DNA from: Nageia nagi
Taxonomy: Eukaryota > Plantae > Pinophyta
Length of the DNA stretch: 64,000 nt
NCBI GenBank assembly: GCA_050084985.1
Contig: JBITNC010000001.1
Location: forward strand, 205,158,001 to 205,222,000
Direction of reading: 5' to 3'
The position numbers and the translations under genes are program-made. The notes beneath the pieces were generated by a model. It was given only the letters and a program-made list of their open reading frames with translations, did not search any database and was not told the origin of the DNA. Numbering within the stretch: the stretch's first letter is position 1; each line of letters begins with the position of its first letter. Of the stretch, positions 49,600 to 64,000 are shown in pieces.

Positions 49600-52500
49600 A
49601 GTGGTGCTAGGTGTTATCCCATAGGTAATGGAGGAGATAATAGAAAATAATATGGTGGATATAAAAGACCAATTGATGGATAGGAAGATCTAGTACCATA
49701 AATTAAGAACCTAGAATTGAAGTAAGCCCAATCCCAGGATCCGTATAAAATTTCTTATGAATTGATATGTACTGGGCCCATCCATCATGATATTCCTATT
49801 ATACAATATCCTTATAGGTATTATCTTCCTAATATAGACCCATTCAAAGGGAAAGAGGATCATTGAGAATATTTACACAAGTTCAAAAGTTGTAGTGCCT
49901 ATATGATTTCTCATGATGATGTATTGATGCCCTAAACTTTTACTATAACCATCAAAAGATCAAATTTGGATTGGTATAAAACATTTCTTAAGAATATCCT
50001 GACCACTTATGTATAACTTGTAAACAAATTGCTAGATCACTTCCCCATTAATGCCAAAGACAAGTCATACATTATTGACCTCATGCAACTTCAATTATTT
50101 TTGGATGAATTTGTTACATACTTTTGGGTTTTTTGAGGACTATCATCACTAGCATGGATTACAATCTCCCATCCAAAGAGTTAGTGAGAATATTTAGTCA
50201 AATTTGTATTCCAAATACAATAACATAAAACTTTTAAAGAAGTTATTGCACAAGTGGTGTAGATTGAAAAGGTCAAAATCTAGGATGGAGAAATCAAGGT
50301 TAGGAAGTGAGAAGGGTAAAAAAAATGTAAAAATAACTAAATAAAAAATAGAGAGGACCTCCCAAGTTAATAAGGTCTCTATGGAAGTAGCTTCTCAATA
50401 AAAACTTTCCCAAGTAATGCCAACAATAGTTACGACCCAACTAGAAGAAACTAGCAACAAAAGGTAGCCCCATAAAAAGTTTGATGATATAGTATTCACT
50501 ATTATAAGGGAACCTATATTGGAATATGTATTAAAAAGGGTCAATAATCTTGATCTGATATGATTACTAAATATAAAACTATATATCCTAGAATACAAGC
50601 AAACCAAGTACTACTTGGAAAATGAGTATTATGAGTACCATAGACAACATGGTTATGATACTAATATTTGTTGTTCCCATAAATATGTCATTTAGAATTC
50701 AATAGATGAAGGGAAGTTCCATGTGCATAGTCCTTTGAATGTAGTTAATAAAAACCTTAGAATTTTTGGAAATCCTTTATTGCATCATCATTTAGGGTAA
50801 CATTCCAAAATGATCTTTATTGTAGGTCCTTCAAATTAGGTCACTAACAATAAGAGTCATCTTCAACCTTTTGTTGGGATGATTAACATAACTAACCAGG
50901 ATTAATGAGCATAGAAAAGGAACCAAGCATTATAATATCAATATGTTTCTCCCTCACCTAAAAATGTGACCATGCCTCTACCATAAATTCCATATATGCA
51001 ACCAAAAAGATCTTTGGTTGAGAGGATTTCAACCAATCAATTAAAGTATACCTTGGTAAAATTATCTTTATTTGAGCTATTACAAGAATCAAAGCACCAT
51101 AAGGAAGCTATGAATCAAATTTTGTAAGTGATTAAGTTAGACCTTATGAACATTGGAAATTTTTACCATATTTATGGGGAATATACATTCTTTCATCCAA
51201 CCAATAATATCCTTTTATGGTCTAAAATCAAAGAGTATAAGGGACCATATGGACCTAATCCTCCACTACACATCATCATTTATGTGGATTAAAAACCCTT
51301 TAAGAGGGTATTAATTGATAATGGATAATTAATAACAATCATTTCCACAGGATACCATTAGCACTTGAATTTTTTTCATGCCCATATCATTACATTATCA
51401 TTGAAGTAAGGGTCTTTAATGATACTTTATATCCTACCCTAGGGTCATTGGTACTTCTTATCACTATGGAGTTAAGACTTTACCTATTTATTACATATTA
51501 TTGAAGGTAACATATTGAAGGTAACATAATTAAGTAAAATATAACCTTGAATAGCCCTTAGATCTATGAAATTCAATGTGTTTATTTCATATTATATGGT
51601 TTTATTGAGTACAATTTTGATGGGTTGGTACATTGTATACCAATTTATGATGATCCTTTTTATATTGCAATTATATTTGGATGTCCATTGAAGGAGTCAC
51701 TCTCCCATATTGACATATTATACTAGCTATAATAATATGGGTATCATCCAAGAGATCAATTTGGTTAGCTTAACCTAAGCAAATGCAATATGATAGTGAT
51801 AAAGGAAAGGATCTTGCACTGTCATCATTGCATTCTAAGAAATAGGAAATACTATCAATTAATGAATCAGTTGGTAATGTGAGTATGTTGTCCTTGCCCT
51901 TGAAACCAAAAATAATACGCTCTTCACCTCTTGAGATAAATGCATGATAACCAAATCATCCATGATAATGAAGGTCTTAGGAGGAACATGCCCATAAGTT
52001 ATATTACTTATAGAAAGCCACCCAATCTTACTAAATTCATGAAAGTACTAAAGAATTCAACTAACTAGTGACTATTATCATATAGGTACTAGAGAATGAA
52101 AAAGATGAAATATCAAAAGGGGATATAGACATATGTCATGTTTAGGTTTAATTCTCTAGCCTAGGAATAGGGGGAATATGAAGTGCATGATATCATTTTT
52201 AGTATCCCTTCAACTCATGAAGTAGGCATCTCCCTATCTCGCATATGATAATTGGACAGTTTGTTGTTGGTTCCTTTCAAGGTTCCACCGAACCATCCAT
52301 AAGTTATTTATTTATGTAGGCATAGGAATCCTGATCTAATTCCCATTACCATCTATATCTTCATAACCATTTATTAGAACTTTGGATTTCCTATCACCTA
52401 GAATACAAAGTATCATACAATAAAACTTTTCTATATAGTGCTGGATAGGTCATGGTCTAGGTCTATATGAGAAAGATCCTCACTATCCAATTGAGATACC

Positions 52501-55060
52501 ATATAAAATTCCTAGTGATCGAAGGGGTCTTGGTTACATTTATCACCCCATATATCTTATCCATATGAAGTTGTTGATATGCAATAAGTACATATTGGGT
52601 ACAACAACGTGGTCATAATCTTAGAATATGTAGCAAATCAATTAAATGATGTAGAGTCGATGGTATTGATCTTGATGTACTTATTTATGAAAGTGTTACA
52701 TGTAAATACATATATTCAATATTAAGTAGATGAATTTGATGAAAAGGATGGATTTTTGCAAACCTAGGAAAGTTATATTATGATCCTCTTGAATGGTCCA
52801 TATTTCTTACAAGAACCAAGTTGATTCCCTTTAGCTATGATAATAATTACTACATATGAATATGAGGATGATTATATCCTACACAAGAGCTATCTTTCCC
52901 CCAAATGGACTCCATTAGATAAGTATAAAATGCCCCTCCCTATATCCATTACCAAAAATGAGAGGCAGTTACCTCCTCTCAAGGTGAGAGTGTCTTTATC
53001 GTTGTTAGAACCTTGGCCTATGCTAAATACACCTCCTTTTCCCATCTACAATCAATTATAAAATTTCATATTATAAGATCCTAATGATCATGATGAAAAA
53101 GATAATACCATAGGTGTGATCATAAAATATGTAAACACAATACATGTATCCTATAAATCCATCAGTTATAGACATTATACCTCTTTTTGATGATTATCTC
53201 CTACTTGCATATAGATAAAGGAGTTATATGCTAACAATGAATATTCATAGAATGATATATATGCCATGAAAAACCCCTTTTTCTACCTTCACATACCATA
53301 CCTGCAAGTATAGATATATCACACTAGTACAAATTATCAATGGTACCTACATGATCACACAAATTCTATCTTGATGGTGATAATCAAGGAGACTAAATCT
53401 TCTAAATTAGGAACAAAATCTACATACTCACCTAGTTATCTTATGAAGTGTTTTGGATCTATTGATAGTTTTGATTGGTGGAGGCCAAATGAGTTCATTA
53501 GACCACAAATAGCTGATATAGGGGATGTTGAATTCAACTTGTTGCCTAAGTATCTAAATATCCATAATTTTAAAGATGTAGATATTATTTTTATGAGGTC
53601 CTACATGTACGTTACTATTTTATAATATGAATAATAATATCTTTAATATAATATCATTGATCAAAATTAAATCCATATACCAAGCCAATTAGATCAAGGG
53701 TCACACATGATGATTGAGGAAGTAATATACATCAACTTGAGTGATGACCTTGTCAAATCCCATATTTAGCAATTGGGTAAGATTTTGATAGAAAAAGAAT
53801 GATAAGATCTCACTAGACTCATAAAGAACAAAAGAGAAGTACTTTATTAATATTCTAAATATATGTCAGGATTAAACTCTAATTTCATAGTCCATAACCT
53901 ACAACATAAAGAAGATGCAAAGCCTATAAAAAAATGCAAAGAAAAATGCACCCCACCATTGTAGTTATAGTAAAGGAAGAGTTGTAAAAGCTATTAGACA
54001 TCCAGTTTATTCAATTGATTTATTATTTAGATTGGATGTTCAATATGATACTTGTTAAGAATCCTAATATAAATATACACATTTACACAAACTTCCAAGA
54101 CTTAAATCATGCTTTCATGAAAGATGACTTCCCCCTACCTAATATCCACACATCGGTTAATGCTACAATATGGTATGAAATGTTATAATTAATGGATGGG
54201 TTATCAATATATAACCAAATTAATATTTTAAAGGAGTATCTAAATAAAAATACCTTCATTACTCCTTGGGGAATGTTTTGTTACAAGTTCATGCCTTTTG
54301 GCCTCATGAATGTGGGAGCCACTTACCAAAGAGAAATGACATATATCTTCTATGACTACATACATAACATGGTGTATTATCTTGATGACTTGTAAGCCAA
54401 GGCTAAAATGTGAGCAAATCATACAAATCTATTTTCTATAATGCTTGATCGACTCTTGTAACATAAGGTGTGCTTAAACCTAAAGAAGTGTATTTTTGAC
54501 ATCACATTAGGGAAGTTGCTTGGCTTCATTATCTCAAATAAAGGAATAGTGGTATATAATAACAAGATAAAAGTTATTATAGATATGGACACACCCTCAA
54601 ATCTCAAATAGTTGAGCACATTACAAGGAAAAATCCTAGCTACTTAGTTCTTCATATCTCAGCTATTTGATAAGTGTAGATCCTTCAATCACTTGTTGAA
54701 TAAGGATACCACTTTTATTTGGCTGATGCATGCCAAGTAGATTTTGAGGATATCAAGATATACTTAAATATCCACCTATGCTTTCCCCACTAAGATATGA
54801 TGTCCTATTATTATTGTGCATTTCTATAATTGATTTCACATTGGGAACTATGATCATGTAAAATATTGGAGCAAATAAATAGAAAGTGATCTACTACATT
54901 AGTTGCACTTTAGTAGTTATGAGACAAGTTATGTTTATATGGAAAAGTCATATATCATAGTCATGTTTGCAACCAAAATGTTGAGATATTACATATTGAT
55001 TCATACTATATTTTTCATAACTAAGGTGTACCGATTAAAGTACATGATGAATTGAACTAT
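49600..55060 (+). mobile_element. Decayed Tat/Ogre-type Gypsy gag-PR-spacer-RT-RH, truncated in RH
   Basis: gag PFKGKEDH*EYLHKF and YYEYHRQHGYDTNIC. PR KRVLIDNG (~51300). RT KDDFPLPNI, MDGLSIYNQI, TPWGMFCYKFMPFGLMNVGATYQR, YLDDL, GKLLGFII. RH IYYIS..LRYYIL. Confidence 0.9.
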
Positions 55061-55210
55061 TAGAATTTTTGTAACCTTTACTTAGGTGTAGAGGTTATTT
55101 ATTTATTTATTTTTTTTAAAATTTTTTGTAGGATTTTTCTCCTATATATTTGTAACTCCTCTTTAAAATGAATATTAGGTATCCTCTTTATGAGGATAGG
55201 GTATACTTGT

Positions 55211-55228
55211 ACACACACACACACACAC
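55211..55228. repeat. (AC)n microsatellite
   Basis: Direct reading. Confidence 0.9.
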
Positions 55229-57089
55229 TTGTAAGGTGTCAAATCTTGGTGTGGGAGTTACTAAGTAACTTCCCTCTCCCACCTCTATTTAAGAAGTGTT
55301 CCTCCTTTCTTTTCTTCATCTCTTGAAAATGTAATCTCATATGATTTAGAGAGTAGGATTGGGAGATAGATTAGGATTTTTCCATTTTTGCTAATAGATG
55401 GAGTTTTTCTTTGCTTCCCCCCCTTAAATTTTGTTGTCTCTTGTAATTGCCCTATTTTTTAGGTGTTCTCCCCATTTCACCTCTGATAAATGGGAACATT
55501 AATTTAGGATTAATTTTGTCTATTATTGTACAATTTAGCCAAAATATTATAAATTCCACTTAGAGAATTAATTAAGCTCTAATTATGAAATAAATGGCCC
55601 TTTTATTTATTTATTTATGTTTAGTTAATTACAAAATTGCTAATAATATTGTATTTGTAATACCAAGGTAGTTATAATTGTAAATGCAATATTAGTCTCA
55701 TTAAATGAGGTGTTGCATATTTTAGCCTTGATGATTGCAAAATTGAAATTAAATGTATCTTTAGTCATTAGTGTCCCCCTCTTCAAGTTAGAGCATCCCC
55801 TAGGTAATTTCACCAACTATGAGATCATTTGGAGCTCTAGGGATGAACATGGTACTTCAAAATAGGTATTGATAATCTTAAGGCAAGTGAATAAAATTTG
55901 AGCATAGATGTGGGACATATTAGCATACCAAGATCCCATGTTGGCCCTCATAGGAACTTGGACCTATGGAATTGATCATAAGGTGCTCCAGCATCACCCC
56001 CTCTTAGACATTGGCATTCCTAGTCCTTAGATTTGATTTCATCCATCCCAAGGTTCCCTTTTTTAGATGTATACATGAGCATATAGATCACATCTCTTTA
56101 TCATCAGGTCATCTCAATGCAATATTAGAAGATGATCACCCTTATAAAAGAGGAATCATAGTCATTATGAGATATGCTCAATTTATTATTAAACCCTTTA
56201 TTTTTAATTGAGTTAAGACTCTATCATTTCCACTTATGGGATGACCTAAATTTGAGGTATGAAGGGTTTAAGAGGCTACCCTTGAAATTACTCTAGACAT
56301 CTTGAGAAGAATGCTACTAATTTCATCATAATTTCTACAAAGGAAACATGGTCTTACCTCACTACTTCTGGGATTAGTGAGGCATTAGAGCCATTTGAAA
56401 TAACCCTATTAGAGATAGTCTTGGTGAAAACTTAGGTTGATAAAAATATTATAATTGCACTTCTACCATTGCTTTATCAATACAATTACATTCTATTGTT
56501 GAAATATTACTATTTATCTCTATATTCTTGGACATTGAATTTTGGAATAGTTTTGTATAACTTGAAATATCTATTTTTCTCCCTAAGGACAACATTAGAT
56601 ACGGAGTGATATTTTCGTTTCTTAACATCGTAGTGGTATTACACATGAAAGATTTATTGAGTAAAGTTGGAGATCTTGCCCTTACTGATGGGTAAGAGCT
56701 AAGGAGTTTCTACTAAAGGTGATTACTAAAGGAGTTGGAGAAGATGAAGAAGACTCATTGTGATATTTAGTTGGATTACAATTCTCACAGTGCTATTTGC
56801 TAAGAGATCTTGCTATCCATTTGAAGAGTGGAGTTAACCTACCATCACAATGATCATTTTGAAGGAGTTTTCAAAGGATATGGATGTCTAGAGCAAGATG
56901 TTGGGAATCTAGGAGCCCTATTTCATCCTTCTAGTAAGTCGTTGGACATCTTCTTTCCCTATTTTAAATTTTTAAGCATTGAGGAGGTTCTTCCATATTG
57001 AAAAGGTACATTTAAAAAAAATTGCATTTTTATTTCAAGTTGAATTTCATTCTTGATTTATTCTAATTTTGAAGGAGGAATAAGGGTTC

Positions 57090-57930
57090 TTTTAAAGAGT
57101 TTGAGCTCATTTTGAGCTATATGTTGGTATTTTGAGATTATTTAGTAGCTTATTCAATGTTTTGAGGATCCTATAAGGAGGATGTTGGTATTCTAAGGAA
57201 TATTTGGAGGATTAAGCTACATGCTAGGACCATTTGAAGATAAATATTATATTTGTAAGGGTACTTTTATACTTGTAGCTCTATTCTAGGACCACTTGAA
57301 GCCAAATGTTACATTTTTGGGTCATTTAAAGCTAGACGTTGCATCATTGAGGGCATTTTTGATCTTAATTCTATATTTTAAGTTCTCTAGAAGATAGATG
57401 TTAGTGATTTAAGTACTTTTCAAATGTTTTTTCTACATTTTGAGTCCACTTAAAGGTAGAAGTTGGTATCCTAGAGGAGTTTTGAAGTCTATTATGCTTT
57501 TTGAGACTACTTGAGGTCATAAATTAGCATATGAAAGCTATTTTAGAGTATCTTTCTATATTTTGAGTGTCCCTTAAGCTAGACATTAGTAGTTTGAGGG
57601 TATTTATGAATATTGATTTAAATTCTAGAGCAATATAGAGGTGAAAATTGATATATTGAGGGATATTTTAAAGATTAAGCTAAATTTTGGGATCATTCTA
57701 AAGTAAACATGGTATAATATAGGTTATTTTGAAAGTAGTTTGGTATTCTAAGTCTATTCTAAGCTAAATTTTGGAGGTTTGAAGGAGTTTTTGGACTTCT
57801 TACTACATTTGAAAGTCATTAGATGTTAGATGTTGAGCCATTAGAAGGTTTTTCAAAACCTTTGCTATATTTTGGAGATACTTGAAGTGGTATGTTGGCT
57901 CACTAAGACCAATTGGGAGTTGAGATTGCA
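57090..57930. repeat. Highly degenerate ~61-62-bp tandem repeat (~13 copies, two ~31-bp subunits)
   Basis: GAAGCTAGATGTT-like motif at ~57237, 57298, 57329, 57391, 57452, 57513, 57576, 57637, 57700, 57761, 57822 and 57884. Confidence 0.65.
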
Positions 57931-60900
57931 TCATAAGAAATAATACTTGTAAGTATTAATTAATTTTCATCATGGAAGATAAGTATTAATAATTTTGCAA
58001 GATATCTTGATATAATGGCCATAATTTTTTATCAAATTTGGAGATACAAGTTAATACAAGGAGGTCATTAGAAAATAGGAGAGTTAATTTGTTGATATTT
58101 AATAAATTTCATGATGGTAGTTGCACCATGGAGGCCTCAGGAGGAGACATTGGAGAAATTTTCCTACTATGTCTAAAATTAGAGGTTAGAAGTGAGATGT
58201 TGGGAGCATAGGAAGCTTTATTTACTATGATCTTGTAGAAATTCATCCCTTGGAGGTTGGATGACTAGTATATAAACTAAATTTTGAAATTTGGAATTAA
58301 CTCTGCACTATTCTAGCTTGTGTGTATGAATGTTGAGCTTCAAGGGGAAACAACCCAATTTAAAGTTATTTCTTTTGGCCCATAACCACAAGTTGAAGAA
58401 TTTATTAGCTCATTACACCATGGAAAAAATAAAATTCCAAGTTTTAGTAGTTTGTGTATTTCATAGTAGGATAAATAAGGAGAAAAAGATAAAAATATAT
58501 TATTTTAGAAGTATAAGAAATTTTTATTATTTTAATTTGACAAGCAAATTAAAATTAAGAGTGATAAGGTGTATCTTTGGAATTATATATTTTACTATGC
58601 ACTAAATTTGAATCTTTGAGAGAATTTCTACCAAAATGATGTATTGGAACTTAACCCATCTATATTTTAATTTGGATGATGATCATGGATGCACTTATAC
58701 TCCTCACTATTGCACATCCCATTTGGAGAGAATTAAAGAGTTGGAGTGCATCTTCACTAATCATTCATAATGTAGAATGAAGAATGGAAATGCCAATTGA
58801 GATAGAAGAAGAGTTATTAATGGAATACAACATAGGATCATTTTTTTTTCAATGAATCAATTCCATTTTGTTAGTTTTTTGAATGATATAGTAGTGAAAG
58901 ACTACTCAAGAAAAGTGTTAATAAGATTTATGCTAATGAAGATACATATAGTCAAGAAGATGATGCTACCAATGATAAATATGAAGGATACTTAGAATCT
59001 CTTCATATTCTTTTTGAGGAGACAAAGTGAGTTCAAGATAATGACCACCAAAATAAGGGAGATGATAAATATGTTGGCTATTCCATAAATATGAAGACTT
59101 ATGAAGATAATAGCCCCTTAAAAAAGTAACACTTACAGTATATGGGGTCATTAAACACTCATGAGGATATATTTATTAGGTATGATGGTAATTCTAATAT
59201 TAATAACAATAATAATTTAAATACATGGAATCAAAAAGAAGAATAGCCAATTCGCATGATCATACATGTTGCAAACAATAGAAGATTATTTGTAGATGAA
59301 GTGAAAGAGCTTTGGATGGCATATTTTAATATTATTGACACATAATCTTACCTAATTAAAATTAGTTTAAACTTACCCACACTTAGTTGGGATGAATATG
59401 AAGGTTTTGGATAGTTAGGAAATGATTCATGGGAAATCCTACCAGGCTACAACTCTAATTGGGGTACACTTATTACCATTATTTACACTACATCAGGCCT
59501 ATTCAAAGCATTTGAAAATATAGAAAACTATAATGACCCACCCAATGGCACTAGTTAACTTTGAACACCATCAAGGATGTGAATGAAACTATGTTTAAAT
59601 TATAGCTATGTGATGATCAATTTTAATTAAAAATATGTATCATTTGTATCAAGTTGATGCTAACTTTGAGATTTTATGATGCAGTTAATAGATTTACTAC
59701 AAGATGAAATGAAAAATTGAAGACCCAACAAACCAAAGGTGAGTTGGTGATGGGAACAAAAGGGGGAAATGATTGGCATTGAATCATTAACACACCCTAT
59801 GACCATCATAAATCATGTACATGCATGTAGAATAATTATTGTGATTATTGATTTATTGATGAAAATATATTTGCAAAATTGTGTGGATTAACCTTACTCT
59901 GCAGAATGAGGTGATCATCATAGGTAAAGATGTGTTTTCCCTTGTTTGATATTTTCAAAATTTAAATTTTGAAATGGAGAAAAAAGGGGATATAACTTTA
60001 GTTAAATTTGAAAATTATTATAAGGTTACAAAAATAAATTTAATGGGGTAAAAGTTGAATATGAGTGTCCATATTATTACCATATAGGGCTAATAATAAA
60101 GACACTATTAAATAGAGACTATGGTCTCTTTGTGGTATGACATGATATTTAATAGCTAGGAAAATAATAGAGAAAATACCCTACTTAGTTTTGTATTTTT
60201 GTGTTAGGTGTGGATAAGAGTTGGCACTAAATTGTCAACTAAAGAAAAAGATTCCAAAGTATTAAATACCATTACTATCATTTCCAACTTTAAGCAAACC
60301 TAACCAAAAATTATTGAGGGTGTGAAGAAACATCCATTTGGACACATTTGAGCCCCTTTATCTATAAATAAAGGAGTAGAGCATTGGAAAAATACCAACA
60401 ACAACTTTTTAATTATCTCTTTGATATTTTCAATTTTGTTTGGATATATATAAGTTTGGATTACATGAAGTCTCTCTTCCTTCTCCAAGTCAAGGTGCAT
60501 TCCTTACATTTTTTTTTAGTAGTTCAATTTTAATATTTTTAAATATTTGTATTAAAAGATTGTGTTTCTAAAGACTCTTGGAATTAATTGTTTATAAAGG
60601 ACTTATACTAGGTGAAAGAACATATTGATTGATTTAATTATTATATTGCATGTGGAGGTTGTTATGATGTCTTTTCCTTTAAAGGTAAAGGAATGGGATA
60701 TTAATATATTTCTTTATCTTTTCTTTTTTATTAATGGGAATTTCTAAATACAAAGTGAGTGTAGTCAATTAGATCCATTGATTTTACTCCCGTCCTCCTT
60801 AGAATTTACCTTGTGATTATTTTCTATCTATAGATTTATATTAGCGATATTCATGGAATTGTTTAATGGATATTCTAAAAAAAAACATTTATGAAGTAGA

Positions 60901-63900
60901 TAAAGTATTTTCACATTTTTGAATTAAATTTACTATCAATTGTTTTATTTTATAAAAGGAATCATTTAAATATGTATTGATTGTTTTATCTCTTTTAATT
61001 CTTAGACAACTTTTTGGGGATATTACCAGTATACTATATTTATAGCTATCTTCATAGCTTTGCAACTAATTAATATACCAAACAAATTCATAGCCAAATT
61101 ATAATGGGAAAATTTAGATGGTATTCAAGGTTTCCATATAGTTTCCTTGTAGATTAATAGTGTAAGTTCTTCTCTACCCTTGTAGTATTAAATCTAGAAA
61201 TAATTTATAAGGATTGGCCATTTGTAAGTTGAAGGATCACCTAGATTTCTCACATTTGCTTCTTCATAACCTCAAGAGGATTCCAAAATGATAGAGTAGG
61301 GGATTCATCATTAAGCTTTGCATGAATTTTCAAGTACATCATCCACAAAGGTATTAGTAACCATGGTATCCATAATCATTTCAATACTTTGTGTTGGGTC
61401 TTCAAACCTTCTATGTTCACCCTGTGGATGGTACACACTAATAATGAATACATACTTGATTTCATCCCCTTTCAATGTCTATTTTATGTATGCTCTACTA
61501 GTGTTATTCCTATAGAATGGTAAAGAAAGGTTTGACTTCTATCACTACTTGAGAGTGTTCAGATAGCAATTAGTACAAAATCTATCTTATTATGTCATAG
61601 GAATCCATGGATTTTAGAGAAAATGTATTTTTTTCATCCTCAAATACACATAAAGGCTTGAAGGAGTACTAGAAATGGTTACAGAGTTTAGATTTGATGC
61701 TTTGTTCCTACGTCTCTTCCAATGCCTTCTATGCATATATTTTCATCGTTCTAGATCTTAAGCTTCTTAGATTCTTAAATTTTTCATACCCACCATAAAA
61801 TTGAATGTGAGATCCATTATTTTTCAACAACATCTTATTGAATCTCTATATGTTGTTTCTTTGAAATCCCCATGAATGCTAGAAAGAATGTTGATGACGG
61901 TTGTAGAGTTTGATTATGAAACACCATGTCTTTAAGTTGATTAAATCTCATTTGGGTCTTTAGATAATAATCAATTTAATGTTATCTACATATGTATTTT
62001 GGGAATTTGTTGTTATACTTCCCCAATATAGGCACCTATCAAAGAAAGCATAGTACATTTTGAGTGAAATTCTATCTTTTGCATCAATGGTACATGTGAG
62101 CATGATTAGCATCTTTTTCTTGGTTTGTAAATAAATTCATAGGGAATGGTCCTAAATATGATCCTTTGGTTCACCATGATCTAAAATTAATTCCCTATTT
62201 GCAAAATGACTGCATTCTAGACACAAATTGTACTTTATTTTTCATCTCATCCTACAAACATTATTGAAAGCTTTGTTAAAAGAAAACAAAGAGCAAAGAA
62301 TTTTGGTCAAACCATATTATGAGTTAAGATTAGTAAATGAAGAGATAAACTACATGTACTATTCCAATAAGAGAATGCCATTAAATAGATTCATATCATG
62401 AATTGGAGATAAACCTTCATTTAATAATAAGATTATGGAGTAATTAAGTATATAGAATTTTGTATATAATGATTGTATACTTATTATTATTTATAAATTC
62501 ATGGAATGAATTCTAATTATTAATAAAATGATAATTATCAACACAAAAAAAAGTTATAAAAGAAAAAGGGAGATTTAAATGTTTTGACATTTATAAGAAT
62601 AAAAAGTTGTATTTATTTGTGAAGTATAAGTTGATTCATGACCAAGGAAGAGAGGTAGTTCAAATAGGACCTAAAATCCTCTCAAGGTCTTAAATTAATG
62701 GATGTATTACATTATGGTTAATTAAGAAAAGGGATGTCTTGATCCTCCTCCTTCCTAGTACTTGATCCACCCACCCAGTTCCAAAAGAATGTTTGATGTT
62801 TGATGCTCATTGGTCAAAGAACAATGAGATATTCTATGCTCGAAGATCCATGGAGAGGTTTGATGCTTCATGATAATTGTTTGAAGATCAATGGTTATGA
62901 TTCACAACATGGCAAACAATAATTTATCAATTAACATGTTATATTTCCTTTGTGTTACAAAAAGGTTGATAAAGTAAATTATTAATTCTAAATCATTATA
63001 TTAGCCTTATCATTTATTAATGTTCTTGTAATAAGTTTATAGAAGCTATTTCATTACCCTAGATGTTGACAAATGAAGTTATAAGATGTATTCAAACTTC
63101 TTGTAATTGATTATTAACTTAGAAATGATTAATGAGGATTATGTTGTATTTAAATATTGTTAGGACATTGAATGACAAAATTTTAAAGGATAAAACCTAA
63201 ATTGACTTAGAATTAGAAACTACCTTCTTAGTGAATGAATTGTTAATTTTGAGATTTAATGAGTTTATTGTTTACATAGTATATTAATGAATAAAGTGGG
63301 AAAACTAAGGTCTAAAAATGCCACCTAAGTACATGACCTCACATATGAAACCAAATTGGGTTATGGATTTTATTTATTTACAAGTTATAGAAAATGATTA
63401 ATTAAATTTATAGGGATCAAATGAATGTATCTCAATTGTTTGTACAATGGAATTAAGGATCAATAATAAATATGAACCATAAATAAAATCACTATCATTG
63501 CAATGTGTTAGAAAAGGATCCCATATTAGTCTTAAGGACCAAAATTTAGGATCATTTGGAAAAATTTAGGGATCACCCTTAAGAGTACAATGGGATAAAT
63601 ACTCTAGGAAACAATGCAGGGATGCTTGGGATTGTTATGGGATCTAAATCATAAGTTATCTCGAACATTGATTTGCACTTAAACTAACAATATTAAACAT
63701 TTACAAGATAACAAGTACACCTTCTCAAGATTAAGGATACGATAAATAAGCCCAAATAAAACAAGGGTAAAATCATTAGGAGTATCCACTTGCAAGCAAG
63801 GATAGGAATGCCTAAGGAATGAACCCTTATACTTAAAAAGAAATGACGAAGACTAAATAAAGTTGATAATATATCAAAATGTAAACCATGTGGGATATAT

Positions 63901-64000
63901 GTTGTAAATAGTAAACCTTGAGAAGTCAATAAATAAAATAAATAATTAATATATATATTATTAAATTTAGAGGTTTTAGTTGGTGAAAATTGGAGTATCA

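Noticed and set aside
55230-57090. LTR starting TGTAAGGTGTC, and ORFs 56011..56211 / 56449..56646
   Set aside because: No matching end, partner LTR or protein motif was found, so it is left uncalled.
62640-63660. Short exon-like fragment and scattered GGGATC motifs as a DNA-transposon end
   Set aside because: Too degenerate: no period, TIR or TSD can be established.

Overview
AT-rich, strongly CpG-depleted plant nuclear DNA, most likely a gymnosperm judging from the element families (inference). It consists almost entirely of decayed, nested transposable elements. I see no intact host gene, RNA gene or CRISPR array. Left to right: a decayed Q-rich ORF; a plant-mobile-domain (PMD) relic joined to a Tat-type Gypsy (gag-PR-aRH) with a tRNA-Arg PBS and LTR; an Athila-like Gypsy gag-pol preceded by an accessory ORF; the 3' end and long LTR of a chromovirus carrying a minisatellite-rich solo LTR; a Tat fragment; a Copia element split by a 17.2-kb insertion; a Tat/Ogre-type gag-pol; and LTR/repeat debris. 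The standout is the insertion at 28847-46036. It sits between a perfect 10-bp target-site duplication (GATCACACTT) inside Copia protease, with only weak terminal inverted repeats. Removing a nested L1 and a nested non-autonomous chromovirus leaves a ~9-kb DNA transposon. It carries a spliced ZNF862/hAT-like transposase, a convergent spliced PMD/DUF1985-like gene, a possible third gene, and three 26-bp tandem arrays that share a TGCA-N11-TGCA core. This layout resembles VANDAL/VANC anti-silencing elements but on a hAT-type transposase (hypothesis). One accessory ORF family also occurs both 3' of an L1 ORF2 and 5' of a Gypsy gag. All translations and alignments were done by eye, so boundaries of decayed ORFs are approximate.
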